A program made the position numbers and the translations under genes. A DNA stretch of 62,884 nucleotides, the filler included, from Choristocarpus tenellus KU-1152 (lineage: Eukaryota > Protista > Phaeophyceae), in the NCBI GenBank assembly GCA_964200185.2. It is 10 parts of 10 records of this genome, joined end to end, with 100 filler letters (N's around TTAATTAATTAA, not from the genome) between each part and the next. Parts side by side here need not be neighbours in the genome. Positions count along the whole stretch, not along the records: positions 12,176 to 15,530 come from CAXNAD020020585.1; positions 15,631 to 23,446 come from CAXNAD020005543.1; positions 23,547 to 39,064 come from CAXNAD020000982.1; 7 more parts are not named here. One strand, written 5' to 3'. This document shows, one piece after another, positions 12,506 to 26,169 of this stretch. Under the pieces are notes generated by a model, which worked only from the letters and a program-made list of their open reading frames with translations, was not told the origin of the DNA and did not search any database. Positions within the stretch are counted from its first letter, which is position 1. Every line of letters starts with the position of its first letter.

Positions 12506-12685
12506 CATGGTGGACATTGCAGCTTTATCACAGGGAATGCCGATGAAGATCGACGAGGATGGCTTGCAGTTGAGCTCTCAAGGTTTGGGTCTCATGTTGC
12601 TTTTTTGAACTCCTCCGACTCAGTGGGTATCACAGTGGCAGCAGCAACAACCCCAACAATGGGGTCGGGTTGGAGAGGCCCGTGA
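12506..12685 (+). CDS. Probable terminal exon of a YheT/ABHD1-3-type alpha/beta hydrolase (partial)
   Basis: After a pyrimidine-rich CCAG acceptor: HGGHCSFITGNADEDRRGWLAVELSRF...*. Matches the GGH-x-x-F catalytic His motif followed by a conserved W. Confidence 0.55.
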   Translation, partial: HGGHCSFITGNADEDRRGWLAVELSRFGSHVAFLNSSDSVGITVAAATTPTMGSGWRGP

Positions 12686-13122
12686 GGATGGGGGACAAGA
12701 TTGACGACATATTTTGTTGGACTTCTGTCTTGGGGGAGAGAGTTGGAAAATTTTGACTATACTGTAGTAGAGTGAAAAGGCACAAATACAAATAGATTGT
12801 GCAAAGATTTTGCTCTTTTGGACAGTAAATAGTATGTTTTCTTTGTAAGGCTGTTATGGAGGGCATGGTTTGTTAACAATTTATTAGGCTGATAGGGCAC
12901 TCGCTTCACATTTTTTCGTACCTGAGAATCCCAAAGCAATAAAAAAATAATTCACATTTCTTAAGAAGAAAAAGACTGGTGGATTCTTTTCTGTTCGTTG
13001 CCTGCTTTATTGAAGTATGTATATTATTTTCCTCTCGTATTTTCATGGATAGTTGTGTAATTTCTATTTGTGTTTTACCTCTTGTCGTTTACTTGTTTAT
13101 TTGTTTCAGTCAGAACCTGAAA

Positions 13123-13387
13123 GAGTCAAAAGTAAGCGAGAGGTACCCAGGGTTTTCATTTTAAGGATGTGGGCAAATTTGTGCAAAATTCTGCTTTTGT
13201 ACAAATGCGTATAGGGACTTTTCTGAATTCTGTCGAAATATTTCATTTCAGACAACAGAGAAATCAATGTTCCCAAGTCAATCTTAGCACTTCATCCATA
13301 GAAATATGGGTGATGTGCAAAAGAGGAGAAAAGTGACTTGAGATGTAAAACGGCCATAACCTGAGTACCTCTCGTTTACCTTGACTC
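13123..13387. mobile_element. MITE family C (TIR GAGTCAAAAGTAAGCGAGAGGTAC)
   Basis: Left GAGTCAAAAGTAAGCGAGAGGTACCCAG and right CTGAGTACCTCTCGTTTACCTTGACTC. Lone matching ends at ~15468, ~27261 and ~59675-59699. Confidence 0.75.
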
Positions 13388-14010
13388 AGAAGTATGCCAT
13401 GCCCAACTGGTTGAAGGATATAGTTAGGCCCAAAATTAATCCTAACTACTTAGGGATGGACTCACTCCGATTTCTGTTCACAGAAAAACTAAAATTTCTT
13501 TGATCTTCTTAGTTGGTTGTCGCAAAGAATATTCTTAAAGTATTTTGATGTGAGAAGTCTGACAGCCCTAAGCATAGCAGGTGATTACAATGTAGTGGGA
13601 AGAATTATTGATGCTGTATGGGTGCACAAAGAGAGAGCATTCTGGAAGTACCACTAGCTTTTGCTCTTATCCTAGTTACTCCATAACTACTACTACACTA
13701 TTAATAGAACATACTTTGGATTTCAAATGGTTCGTGACATTACTCCACCACCAACATGAGCTGGGCATCAACCAGGAATCTGCTGGGTTGCCGAGTAACT
13801 TTCTGCCCAGTTCCAGATGCCAAGTCTCGTTTCCTGTGTTCACGGCTTGTCAGGGAAAGCCCTTGACCTCTTTCGCAAGTCATGTCATAATATGTCACCT
13901 TGATTGTTGCCTCCAACCTTGGAGGTCTACGTAAAGATGGAAATGACAATAGCTTACTGTGTCATAAGGAGCTTGCCTCTGACTCAATGTCGATGGATAT
14001 ACGATTGTTG

Positions 14011-14293
14011 GACCCATAGTATTGTAGAGGAGGGGGTGGGTTAGACCAAACGTCCATTCGGTGCTTGATGAGGTGTCGTAAAATATCCCAGTTTGATACC
14101 AGTTTTGAAGGTATTTGTCCTTCAGATTCCTTGGGATTTGGTCCGGATGAGGGATCGAAAAAGAAGGTACGTCCAGATGAAGGAAATTGCGTTTACATGT
14201 AACACGTTCACTCAGATGACAAGAAAATCAGTACAGGGTCACAAAGGCCCTCAAAAAAGGACACCTGACCCCCCCTCTAGGATACTGTGGGCC
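14011..14293. mobile_element. MITE family D
   Basis: Imperfect TIRs GACCCATAGTATTGTAGAGGAGGGG / CCCCCCTCTAGGATACTGTGGGCC, related to family A/B ends. Confidence 0.55.
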
Positions 14294-14561
14294 TTCACTC
14301 AGCAGAAACAACCAAAGTATCCAAACAAATGAGAACTATATGTTTAAATTGCAAAACGATTAGCAGTTATTTGTCCATTCAATATATGCTAAAATATGAA
14401 TGACAATGGCATCCCTGTCTGAAGCAAGCCCTGAATCACACAAATGAAGAGACATGCGAGGTTGCATTATGAGGACCTCCAGAAATGACCAAAACAAGCT
14501 TGTTATGCATTGAAAAGGGAAAAGGCTTGTTGTTAATCATTGTTTTTTGTCAGCCTTATTA

Positions 14562-15153
14562 TTTGTGTGTAAGGAGCAAGTTTTGTACAGGAAGAAGCTT
14601 AGGCACAAAGAAGCGCACTTTATTTGTTGTGAATAGAATATGCTGGGTGCTGTTTGAGACACTGCGAAGAACATGGAATAATCAAGAAAATTGAGAAATA
14701 GACAAAATCGACCGAACTTCCAAAATCACGATTTTTACTTCAAATTTTCAGCCATATTTCGAACTCCAAATGCAAAACCTTTTAATAAAATCAAATTTTT
14801 GCGACATTTTTTGGGCTCACTTCCTTCATCACCTCAACTTTCTAACATATTTCCCCCTTCTTTCTGCACCCCCACACATGTCGCCAATGTTCCAGGAACA
14901 TTACGACACATTATCATCACTTCGAAGGAAATCTTAGATTTTTTCATTTTTAGACCAGAAAATGGGTGAAAATTTAAAGAAAAAATTATTATTTCAGAAA
15001 TATGTCAGGTAATGTTTTTCTTTTCTCCTTTTTTCTCGAGTGTTCCGCGTTCTTTAGAGTGACCCAAACAGCACCCAAAAGATTTTGCCGCAAAAAATGT
15101 GATTCTTTGTGCCTAAAACTTCTTCCTGTGGTGAACTTGCTCCCGGCACACAA
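14562..15153. mobile_element. Non-autonomous long-inverted-repeat (foldback/Mutator-like) element
   Basis: ~14562-14697 is an imperfect reverse complement of ~15021-15153 (e.g. caggaagaagcttaggcacaaagaa / ttctttgtgcctaaaacttcttcctg). Confidence 0.6.
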
Positions 15154-15719
15154 CAGCATACAAAAGACTTGGTAGAATGTCAAGAGATATTATTGCAATG
15201 CAATAGAGATAGAACATACAGCGAGAGTACCAATGGATGACGGGAGTGAGTATGCAATCAAAGTGTAATCTACTCTATACAAAAACACGGAACGCAAAGC
15301 ATACGAAGTAAGGCGGTCAATGCTCTTTCTCATAGGTGCGAGGTCATGCACGTCCCAATTAGAGGGAAACCCTGAAGTTCGGATCTAAACTAACTGGCGT
15401 CTCAGAAGCCACTAATGCAAACACATGCAACATGTTCACACAAGGGAGTGGGGTTATTCCCAGATGAGAGCCGAAGTAAACGAGATATACCCAGGTTTTG
15501 GCTGTGGCTCAAAGTATCCAAGGGGGGGGGNNNNNNNNNNNNNNNNNNNNNNNNNNNNNNNNNNNNNNNNNNNNTTAATTAATTAANNNNNNNNNNNNNN
15601 NNNNNNNNNNNNNNNNNNNNNNNNNNNNNNCCACAAAACAATACCAAGAAAAAAACCCCCCCCACGGGCCAGCCCCCCCCCCCCCCCCCCCCCCCCCAGA
15701 TACTTTGGCTCAAACTTGT

Positions 15720-18700
15720 ACACAAACAGTTGTATTGCATGAATAAATCACCGTTGTAGTGTGCTTCAGTAGCAATAGTTGTGCTATGGTGCAAGGACTA
15801 AATGGGCTAAGCCTGCATTTTATCAACTACCTATGCTTGGGTGTTTTGTGTTGTTTAAGCCTGACATCAATCTGGGGGGAGTACCATGATGATCCAATCA
15901 CATAATCAAGAGAAGAGGATCCAGGGGAGGGTATCAGAGGAGGAAGATTGTGCAATTGTCGATTGAGACGACGACAGTGAGCATAAACAATAGACGACAC
16001 AAGCTGACCTCCAACCCATTAGGAACACTGTACCCTCTCCATAGGTAGTTAGTGGAGAGACAGAGTTTATGATACTGTCAGGGCTACCTCCACCCCCCTA
16101 AACCAAACCGGCAGCCCCAAGATCAATGGGAAAAACATCAAAACAAAATTATCAGTATATTACCTGACTTGCAGGTGTGTTTCTTCTGGAGTAAAGAACC
16201 AAAGGTAGGTATGGGAATAGTATCTCCTGTAAGCAGGTATTGTTTATCCTCCGGAGTGCTTGGAGCACTGTAGGTATGTGGCAGGTTGGCAAGAATATAC
16301 TTCCTATACATCAATGCTTGGTAGTGCGAAAAATCATGGCAAACCTTCATGAGCAGACGCATGAGCAGGAAAGTCCCGTACGCCATCCCCAGGAGATCAA
16401 GAACCAAGACGTGCAGCAGGATGATGTCCACCTTGAACTCTACCGTCTGTGGGGGAGAGCAGTTACACCAAGGAGCTGAGCTCGACGGGGGCACAAGCAG
16501 GGAGAAGCTGGCCCTCCCCTGTATGATATCTAACAAACTGGTAGTGACAACGCATGCCACCCCTGAAGCAACAAGTGGTTAGTGGTTCATCCCTCACCTG
16601 CAGGGAGGCTTGTGCATATTCCAGTGCAACTGAGGCACTATGACGACGTGAGAGTGGGCTGATGATGCGGTCCTTCCAAGAGCCAGAAGACATGTCTTGG
16701 ATCTGTGTATGCCCTCCCTCGAAGACCGCCCCCTTGAGTACATGATATGGGGTTGAGGGCCAGGAGGAGAGTGGCAGCAATGATATGAGTGCGAGGTGGG
16801 CTTGACCCTTACGTTGGCAGATTGATCTAATTATCAAGGGTATGTAGCGCCGTGCCGGAGCACTCAAGGACAGGAGAACGACTCCCCTGGGTGGGTATTC
16901 ACTCTTCGCCCGGAGCGTGTGATCAATAATAATCTATGTTACTCCTGTCTTTTTGCCAAAATCAATTAATTACAAGTAGCGTATCAAATGCTTGTCTTAG
17001 CATCATCCCAGCTATCTTCTTCCTCCTCACAAATGGTATCGCTGCACAATGGATGGTGTTGGCAGGAAACGTTGAGTGCTGCCTGCTCTTGTCCGTCACA
17101 ACAAGAGATTACCCACAAGAAAAAAAAAAAAACTCCAAGACATACCCACTAAGGTAAGGTTGTGATTGTCAGGGGCGGAACAAAAACAAGTGTTGAGAAT
17201 ATGCACTGATTTTGAGAAGGGGAGAGCATGATCACACCAAGAAGTGGAAAGAGATCATGGAGAACACTTGCCTCACTTTTTTGCTGTGAGAAGGGAGAAG
17301 AGCCTTGACTACTTGTGTAGCATCTACAGTTCCATATGCAAGTAGAGTGTTCAATGCTTTTGTTAGTTTTTGAGATGTTCAGCTCAAGTGAAAAAAACTT
17401 CGATAAGGCTGACATCAATGGACAACAGCACTGACGCATCACAAACTCCAACAAAACCCCAATATTCAAGTATTGTATACCACGAAGGATGGATACCAGT
17501 TCCCGTACTCACTACCATGAAGGTGCAGGGAAGACAGGTTGGTGACTCAGGAGCTAGATCAATGGCATGAGACGCACCTTTGACAGGAACTCAATTAAGT
17601 GGAACCCTCCTGGTCCTGCAGTGATACTTGCCACTTTCCCGAGGACAACAATCACAAACAGAACCCCAAGTGATTGCAGGATGGTGCCTGCAAGAGTCCC
17701 TCCCCTTTTCAGAGGTGCAGGGTTGTGGGAAGCTTCCCTTGTCTCATCTGGAACAACGACTTGGGGACTGGCAGTCACATCAGGCCCTTGGCTAACAGTG
17801 ACGGGGCTGGATAAAGAGGAGAGTGTGGTACTGCTGCTGTTGCTCAACTCTTCAGCAAATGGAGGGATAGTGGAGGGGGTTGCATTGTGGTCTTCCCCAC
17901 CCCCTTCACCTCCGCCCATCATTGTTGAAACAGGTGCAGGTGCCTCCCCCTGGCCATTGCTCTTAACTTGTATTGCTACAGCCTGAAGACCAGGAATTCT
18001 GGTCAGAGGATTAGGTAGGGGGTCGCATGGACGTTTGCTGTTGGCTGGTGGGGGACATACTCCAATAAACGCACACCGCATCTCATGAAAGAACTATGCT
18101 GTAACTGACTTCGCAGTATGGTTTTGTAGTTTGAGGGACTAGGGCCAAGGTTCTTGTTGCAATGCTCATGGTAATGGACAGCCCGGTCTTGTGTATATAA
18201 CCTGACTTCAGAAAGTTTCACTACATTAATGCAATCCCCTTGTCGAAGCCATTGCCAGGACTGACATGTGATGAGCCAAAGTACCTTAGGGGGTAGAGCC
18301 GCGTCCATTTGGGTGCCAAAATCCAATGTTGCGATTTGGATGAAATTTTGACTATCGTGTTTGTTAGGAATTGTCAATATCCTTGTTCTGGGCACACCTT
18401 TTTACATCATACACGTTTTATCTATTCCGAGTTTTTGGGGGAGTAGGAAAATGTCATAAAATACCCTGAGGGAAGCCAAGCCCCAAATGGACAAACAGGG
18501 CAAAACTAGCAAAACTCGTACCCTCTAAGATACTTTTACTCTGACGGTAGATGCTAACCCTTTTCAGACGATGGTCCAAGATGGAGGAGAAGGAACTATC
18601 TCATCATTTTCGGGAGAGGATTATCAGTGTGCACAAGGAGGGTGTCAGCTAAGGAATCTTACCTTGTCCTGAAGTAGAGGACGGTGGCCTGGCATTGCTC

Positions 18701-19050
18701 CCCATCCTCAATGGGGGAGGGTAGCTCCTCAACAATAAGTGCTCTGGAGCCATTGTTCCTGTCCACAAAGAAGCAGGCGTTGCCTGTTGATCTCTTGATT
18801 ACTCCTGGTGCACGGATCAAAATGCTGTTGAAGTGCCCACTGGGCCAGAGGTCACCACTACACATGTTCGCCAGACCGGAATCGTTCCATCTCCTTGTTT
18901 TGGAGAGGGAACGGTTTTTGATGTCAGAAAATAAACAGAGAATTCGATATCTTCTCCTTCTTGAGGAGGAAGAATGAATTCCGTAGGAACGGCATGACAT
19001 GCTCAAGTGAAGAGGGGAGATTGCCTCCCTGTCTTCGGGAGCCCCCACTA
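15720..19050 (-). mobile_element. Possible highly decayed non-LTR retroelement 5' region (ORF1/endonuclease-like)
   Basis: Run of intronless, broken minus-strand ORFs (17554-18081, 16463-16867, 16138-16560), plus SSSLDYVIGSS near 15900, which resembles the AP-endonuclease S.LDY motif. Weak. Confidence 0.3.
18273..18541. mobile_element. MITE family A copy
   Basis: Full-length; flanks TGAT/TGAC (4-bp duplication with one CpG-type change). Confidence 0.88.
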
Positions 19051-20509
19051 TCCTTGAGGAACCCCACCATCATAATTTTTTCACTTCTTCAAAAAAAGCT
19101 CAGGGTTATTTTCACACACAGGTTAGCATTAGGATTAGGGTTAGATGAATGTGAAAAAGTGAAAATTGGTGGATCCTTGAGAGATTGTGGTTCACTAGTG
19201 CACACGATTCTCCACCACTTCTTCTAGAATATTTCCTTGGCTAGATATAGGAATTTTCACACACAAGTTAGGGTTAGGGTTAGAAATAGGGATAGGATTC
19301 AAAAACCCCTGCGAAAAAATGAAAAAGAAAAATGCTTTGAGACTTCCGAAGACTGGGGATTCCCCTGTGCACTGCAATGCACTGTTGGGGTTAAGGGTCA
19401 GGGGTTAAGGTATACCATTAAACGCTTTCAATGCGAAAGGAATGAAAAAATAACTTAGCAAGGCACTGTCAATTGGTGCAGATTGAAACACAGGCGCAAG
19501 GTGTGCTGGGACTTGGCTCTCACAGAGATCGATCGATCAAGCACATAGGAAGATGCGCGCACGAAACACTCTGTACCCTTTGAAAGATCCCACCTCATGG
19601 CGACTTCACTCTCGTTGGCGGGCAGTGGCTGCGACCCCCGAACGATCCCTGCCTGATCCCCATTATGGACATTCCAGTGGTCGGCAGTATTAGACGCGTA
19701 CGGTGGTGGTGCATGCCAAGTGGCCCCTCCACTCCCTTGGCCGTAAGACTGGCTTTGCCTGATGCAGATGTTTTGGTTTCAACAAGGAAAACAACAGCTA
19801 TTGTGTGGGCTGTTGAAAAGGGCGCACAACTGGTGAGATGATTGCGTGTGCGAGAGGTGTTTTCGTCTTCTCCTTCTAGAAGATTTCTCTACACTACCTT
19901 CCAGAAGGCCGCCTCCACGAAGCAGAGCCAACATCCCTGTAATAAGTCATTGTCCACGTAGTAAGAAAGGTATGCTGGTTGAGCTAATGACGCTGTCTGG
20001 CGCGCACTCGGAACCAACGCGATGGTAGTTAGCTGAATCTGACGAGCCGCCCAACGTCAGTAGTGTGTCTAGGTGTGGATGATACTGGACGACTGGGTGC
20101 ACCACACACCATTTTGCTTTTTCGCGGTTACACATTCTAATTTTTTCTTCATTCCATTTCAAATATTTTTATTAATAACAAACTTACATACTTAGCAGAC
20201 CAAAAAAAACAACTAAACTGGACGTACGCCTTCTAAATAACGAATGGAATGACTGCATTTCTAGTCATCAATAGTCAGAGCACTACTGTCATACGTAAGT
20301 CTAGAGTATTGGGAATATATTTATTTACTAATTTTGTGGAAGGGGTCCCAGGCCGTTAGTCACCGTGATGAAGGTCTCTCAGGAGGGGAGATTGGGAATG
20401 TTACGATGAGTACGTTTCCAACAATAAATGAAGTGGAATTTCCATTTGACTTTTTACTGACAACTTACCAATCCTCCTTCACGTAGTCAGTCGTGCAACA
20501 TTCTATATG

Positions 20510-20955
20510 ATATATTTTATTATGCCCTCACATTTTGGAGATGTGTCGAGGGAAAAAGCCAAAACCAATGTCACAAGGACCTGCGTAAAAGTATCACTCG
20601 TCGTAAATGTGAAATATACTCCTCAAAAATCTATTTATTTACTGTTTAAATACCAACTATTTAACAAACACTCCCTTAACGCTTGGAAATTACAATGTTA
20701 TGTGTACATTGCTGGTACAACTCCAACCTACACAACTGGGCGAGGAGCTAGGGAAGCATCCCAAGAATCTGATAGACCCCTCCTTGCCCATCTGCCTTGT
20801 GTTTCCAGCTTGAAACGCACGACACGATTCGAGAGAGTCACCTGTGTAGGGACAGACACAACCTGTTGTAATCTGGATTTCACAGCCCCTTTCCTGCTAT
20901 AATCTCGCACCCCTCTCCCTCCTACTGTGCATGTAGCCAACTCATCCAAAACTTT
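20510..20955 (-). mobile_element. 3' fragment of CRE-like (RLE) non-LTR retrotransposon
   Basis: LDELATCTVGGRG...KGAVKSRLQQVVSVPTQVTLS, plus the same 3' UTR as 43925-44300 and 47600-48068. Confidence 0.75.
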
Positions 20956-23546
20956 CTATAATATAATACCAAAAAAACATCTGACGGATTACATTTCTTT
21001 TACATTACCTTCTTACTAACCAGATTTATGATGTTTGTCAGGGGAGGGAGGGGGATGGGGGGTAGGGGGTAAAAGTATTTCAGAGAGAATAGTAAAAGTT
21101 TGTTTTATCTGTAGTGTTGCGTTGCTATCTCAACAGACCCAAACCGTCATTCAGAGTGCTAGAAGCACATGCCATGTACTAGAAGGCACTCGTAGTGGCA
21201 AAAAATACTCATCAGCACCAACCCTTTAAGATTGGATAGCTCTCTTCACCCATGCATTTCATAGATGCATGTTAATTTTTTTATGAAGGCGTGCCCGGTA
21301 CAGTATCTTGTATCTGTCTGTATGCATGCCATGGCAGACTACCACAACTAGCTGTTGTGAAGTCCCATGGAAACATTTGTTGATCTATCTACTGTAGAGG
21401 TATTCTAGTGACTACTGGGATGCATGGCCCGTTCATTGGGCCAGTAGGGAGGGGTTATTGATATAAAATATAGTGTGTGGAGGACAGAAGAGTATGACAT
21501 TTGCTTGGATGTTGCGATTAGTCTGTGGAGGTACAATCAACACTTCCTTGGGCAGGGGTGAGGTAAGTGATGACTGCACGCGAAGTGGTCTGTTCTTTCT
21601 ACACCTGGTTTAGCCTTAAGCGATACAAACAAATAAAAAACGAACCCCGAAACTGCCTACTACTAGTAGTATATATATAGAGAGTACATTGTGATGAAAC
21701 TGATGTTACCATTCCAACAGAAAAAATAAAATGTAGGGAGAAAATAGCTCTAATGATAACATAGTAGTAGGTCTGTCGGGAGGCAGGGACCGATCAGTCG
21801 TGGGCTGTATTCAGATTCACCAATTATGTCAGAGGGGTTGTCCTTCAGCAAAACTCGAAGCGCTCACAATCACCAGATCGACTGGATGGCGTCACGTCAT
21901 TGTGACCGTCAACGGGAAGCGGTCCGGGAATTCTCAGGGCTTCTCTGTGTTTGATTTTGATGTGAAGGTCACGAACGACAAAGAAATGTGCGCGCAATAC
22001 ATTTGTGTGCGCGCGTGCGCGGAAATTGATTGGACTGAGATCAGCTCCCAATGGGATCTGTCCGTCACAGTTCTTAGTCTTACGACCTGGAAGAAGAGAG
22101 GTGGAAAAAGCGAACAAGGCTTCATGTCGACCGAGTATTTGATGTGAGGACCACCAAAGAACCTAGTGGAATTTTGGTGTGAAAGGAAATGTTGCACGTA
22201 TAAATTCGAATTACACACTTTCAACCTTACCATACACATCACATGACGGCCCCCCAACTCCTCTCTTTCTGGATAACATTTTTCAGTTCTACAATACAAT
22301 AAAATATGTATTCCTTACCACCATCACCGTTACATATTATCGTTCCTGTATACATTATCATTATTTTTTTTTTAACTCGAGGGAGCAGTAATTGCGCGTA
22401 AAAAAAATAAAGAGCTTGCCTCCGTGCCCGGTACTAGTCTACCATATCCATTACGATTTTACTTTATATACAAAAACCGCCCAGAGAGGGATCAGCAAAA
22501 AAGCTCACAGCAATACAAATATACAACAAGGGCAACAACTAGGACTACACACCAGTAGAACCAGTACCTAGCGAAGTCCCAACCATGGTACTGGCAGAAC
22601 AGGAATAGCATCAGCAGTAGCCAGAAACGAACATCACCATAGACACATAATGCCAATATTTAATACTACTTAGTCAACATAATAACAACAACAGCTTCAC
22701 CACTCATACCGCTCATCATCCACCCTGCTGCCATGCTAACCTGTTGAACAAGCGGTCCTCTCTCACCCATTGCTATCACACCATTACTAAGGACTCCAGA
22801 GTGTTACTAACCCAGTCGTCTCTACACACAAAGGGCACTGAAGAGGTCGAACCAAACGATATCCCAACTCTTGAACCTGTGCTGAGGTCCTACAGTGCGT
22901 AAATTTCAAAGCCTTCTGCATCTCTGCTCGCTGTTCCACCACCACCGAACACTTGTGCTTCAACATACATTATGCGGAGACACGCCTTCCTAGTAATACA
23001 ATACCTATTATGCATTTGGGTCAAACACCACACATAACCAAACCGTTGTGATTCTCGACTGTTTCATATTTGCTTCACCTCCTCCTCCTCCTCCTCCACC
23101 ACCACCATCACCTGCTACTACTCAACCTCAATATTGTTATCATTATTGTCATGTCACCACCACGATTGGGACAATCTAGAAGACCCAGTCAACAAAAAAA
23201 AACCCAAATAAATTGAATCAAAGTGAAACTAATAAAAAAATGAACCCTCAAAACCCGTACATATCGTACACAACTTCTTCCTCTTCGCAAAAAAAAAAAA
23301 TGCTTTCGATTGCTCAGCACCAGCCTGCATTTTCCAACATCTACAGATGAAAAAAGCACCAAACTGCTCTGAAAAATATGTGGGATCTGTTCTATTATTT
23401 TGTGAAGATCACAAGACGGTCCATAGCCACAAAGACGAATGCGATANNNNNNNNNNNNNNNNNNNNNNNNNNNNNNNNNNNNNNNNNNNNTTAATTAATT
23501 AANNNNNNNNNNNNNNNNNNNNNNNNNNNNNNNNNNNNNNNNNNNN

Positions 23547-23588
23547 CTCCAAATGGACGCGGCTCTACCCTCTAAGATACTTTAGCTC
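23547..23588. mobile_element. MITE family A end at contig start
   Basis: caaatggacgcggctctaccctctaagatactttagctc. Confidence 0.8.
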
Positions 23589-23589
23589 A

Positions 23590-23915
23590 TTTGTAGAGGA
23601 GGTTTTTGTTCAATCTGACCTGGATAGAGAGGTGTTATGTGTACCTACAGCAGGGGTGATTCTGGAGTTTGTACAGTCTGACTTGCCTGGTTTGTGCTAC
23701 ATTGTGCACAAGGAGGATATAATCATTGTTTTGGATAACATCACCCTGAGTTCAGGGAAGAGCTAGCGCATAGACGTGCAAAGCCATTTTCTGAGGGACC
23801 TGGTAGTCAGAGGACATAGAAACTATGCAGCATGTGATGTTAGAGCTACAGCACGCAAACATGCCTACCAACCCTTTGGTAGAGGAATATTTTTGGAGAC
23901 ACGCTGAGTTTTTTT
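23590..23915 (+). mobile_element. Internally deleted Copia RT/RNase H relic
   Basis: VEEVFVQSDLDREV (cf. DVEQAFVQADLDEEVY) and IDVQSHFLRDLV...QHVMLELQHANMPTNPL (cf. HIDVRHHFLRELV...QHADILTKPL). Confidence 0.65.
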
Positions 23916-24560
23916 TTTACCTTCTAAGGCTATGTAAAGCAGTTGGATGTTATTGTTTTTCGATTATTTTCAGCGAGGGATGGAATTTCCTGTTAATACT
24001 TGCTTGTGTTGATCCTCAATTGTTATTCACCCTTGTGGTTGTCTGAGCTGGGGAGGGTATTTGTGGAGACCCTTACAACTGTGTCTGGAGAACACTGGTG
24101 GTGTGCATGTAGCTTCAGAGTATTGGTACTATAATAGGTTGTTGAAGCTAGGACAGTTCCATTATGGGACAAGATTGATGGGTACCAGCACTTCTGACAC
24201 AACCAGGCGTTGACATATCCCATCTGTCCTAACAAATCACTCTACACCATCAAGCAACATCAGAATGTCTACGTCTCCTACTCCTCCTTGAGGGGGAAGA
24301 TACTTTAACCAATGGCTGCTATGTACTAAATAGTAATACATGAAACAGTTGTAGTAGGAACGTTGAGTTGAACAAAACATCTTGTTATGGTTAATATAGG
24401 GTATTGGGAGATTAAATGAAAATAAAAGCTGGTGGTGAGGATGGAAGTGAGATAGGGATATATGTTGTCACTTTAAAGCAGAACATACTTTACAAGAAAA
24501 AATGTGCCTAACATATCCGACAGGGCCCCTTTCCCACTACCAACAACCATCGGGACAAGA

Positions 24561-24811
24561 GAGTCAAAATTATCTTAAAGGGTAGAGCCGCGTACGTTTT
24601 GAGGGACAAAATCCAATGTTGCAATTTTGATATAGTTTTGTCTATCGTGTTTGTTAGGAAGTGTCAATATCCTTGTTCCAGACACACCTCTTCATAACGT
24701 ATACATTTTTCCTACTCCGAAATGTTTTGGAGTAGGAAAATATCATAAAAAACCGTGGGAAGGCAAGTTCCAAACGGACAGAGCAAGACTCGCACCCTCT
24801 AACATACTCTC
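24561..24811. mobile_element. MITE family A copy
   Basis: Colinear with the other family A copies; right TIR eroded. Confidence 0.85.
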
Positions 24812-26169
24812 AGAAAATAGGGTATCAACAAATAGTATCTTGGGGAGACAGGAAGCTTTAGGATATCAAGTGCAAATCCACCATGCGAAGGTATGAAGTT
24901 GCATCTGTCCCACATCCAAAACACAGCATCTGCACATGGTGTTGTGCCTGAAAAACACATAAAATTGTAGCGCTCAAGCGTTATACACATCCAAAAACAC
25001 TATCCTTGGTAAAGCACAAAGTGTGGAGATTCTGCTGCAAAAAAGTAACAAGCAGTAAATTAGTTCTTCAGGAACCTCTGACCTGTATGTTCTCCTCAAA
25101 GTATGACAGGAGTATGTTCGCGTGCTACCAAAGAGTGCGTGGTTTCACCAAGAAGAAGATGATGTAGAATGTGCTATATTTTGTTACAGCGAAGCGTGAG
25201 TCCAACTCACAAGGGGGTTAGGGAGGGTAGTTCCTAATCTCCAAAATCACACTTTCACGCAATTTGATAGATACTGACTGAAACATCTCCTAGAATGTCA
25301 CTTCAACATCACTATGTCCCTATGTCTCGATCCAATACTAATCTACTGTACTACACACATTTTCTTGGACCATACAATATTACTACTTCATGTATACTAG
25401 TAGCAACATTTTGTGTGTACAGTACTTCAAAGCATCTCCTCACGCAAATACTCCCTCCTATTAAGCACTCACAATGTTCCATCATAACGCAACACTGATC
25501 CTAGGTTTACCCTGGCTTCACTTCAAATCCTCATGCTCATCATCCTCCTGAAATATCAAATCATGAGAAATTCATTATAGCCCTCACATGATGATACATA
25601 AGACTATTGCGATTGAGAGGCTTGACAAGAAAATCCGCATATAACAGAGTATACTCCATTCCACTCGTGTTCCTCACTACCGTGCTTCCTCCCCTACAGT
25701 AGGTGTCACTGTATTCTGTTCGTACACCCAGCATGGACCTTCCTGCTGTGCACATTATTGGGTTGTTATCCTCAAAACGTAGTAGTACAAATCTGTGCGT
25801 GAGACGAACGGTTGCAGCCCAAGGAGGGGATTTGACAGTTGTTTAACCCACATGTGAGAATCTGTATGGGTTTAATGCGGTATGGGGGAATGCAGGAGAG
25901 AGTTGAGGATTGTAAACGTGTTTTGTGCCGTAGTATAGCAGAGTGACGCCAGTTTAATTAGAAGAAAATTGCGTATAATGGGGTATAATTGCGTATATCC
26001 ACCTTCATTGCACTCTGTGCTCTGAGCTATACTCCCATTGATGGGCTTACCGCTTTTGGTTCCCCACCAGATATTGTCGAGACAGATTTTCTCAACCTCA
26101 GTCACTCATGTAGTTGCTTCCGTGGTGAATGTAGTCATTGTGCCATGTCATAAGATAAAGCTCTGCCAA

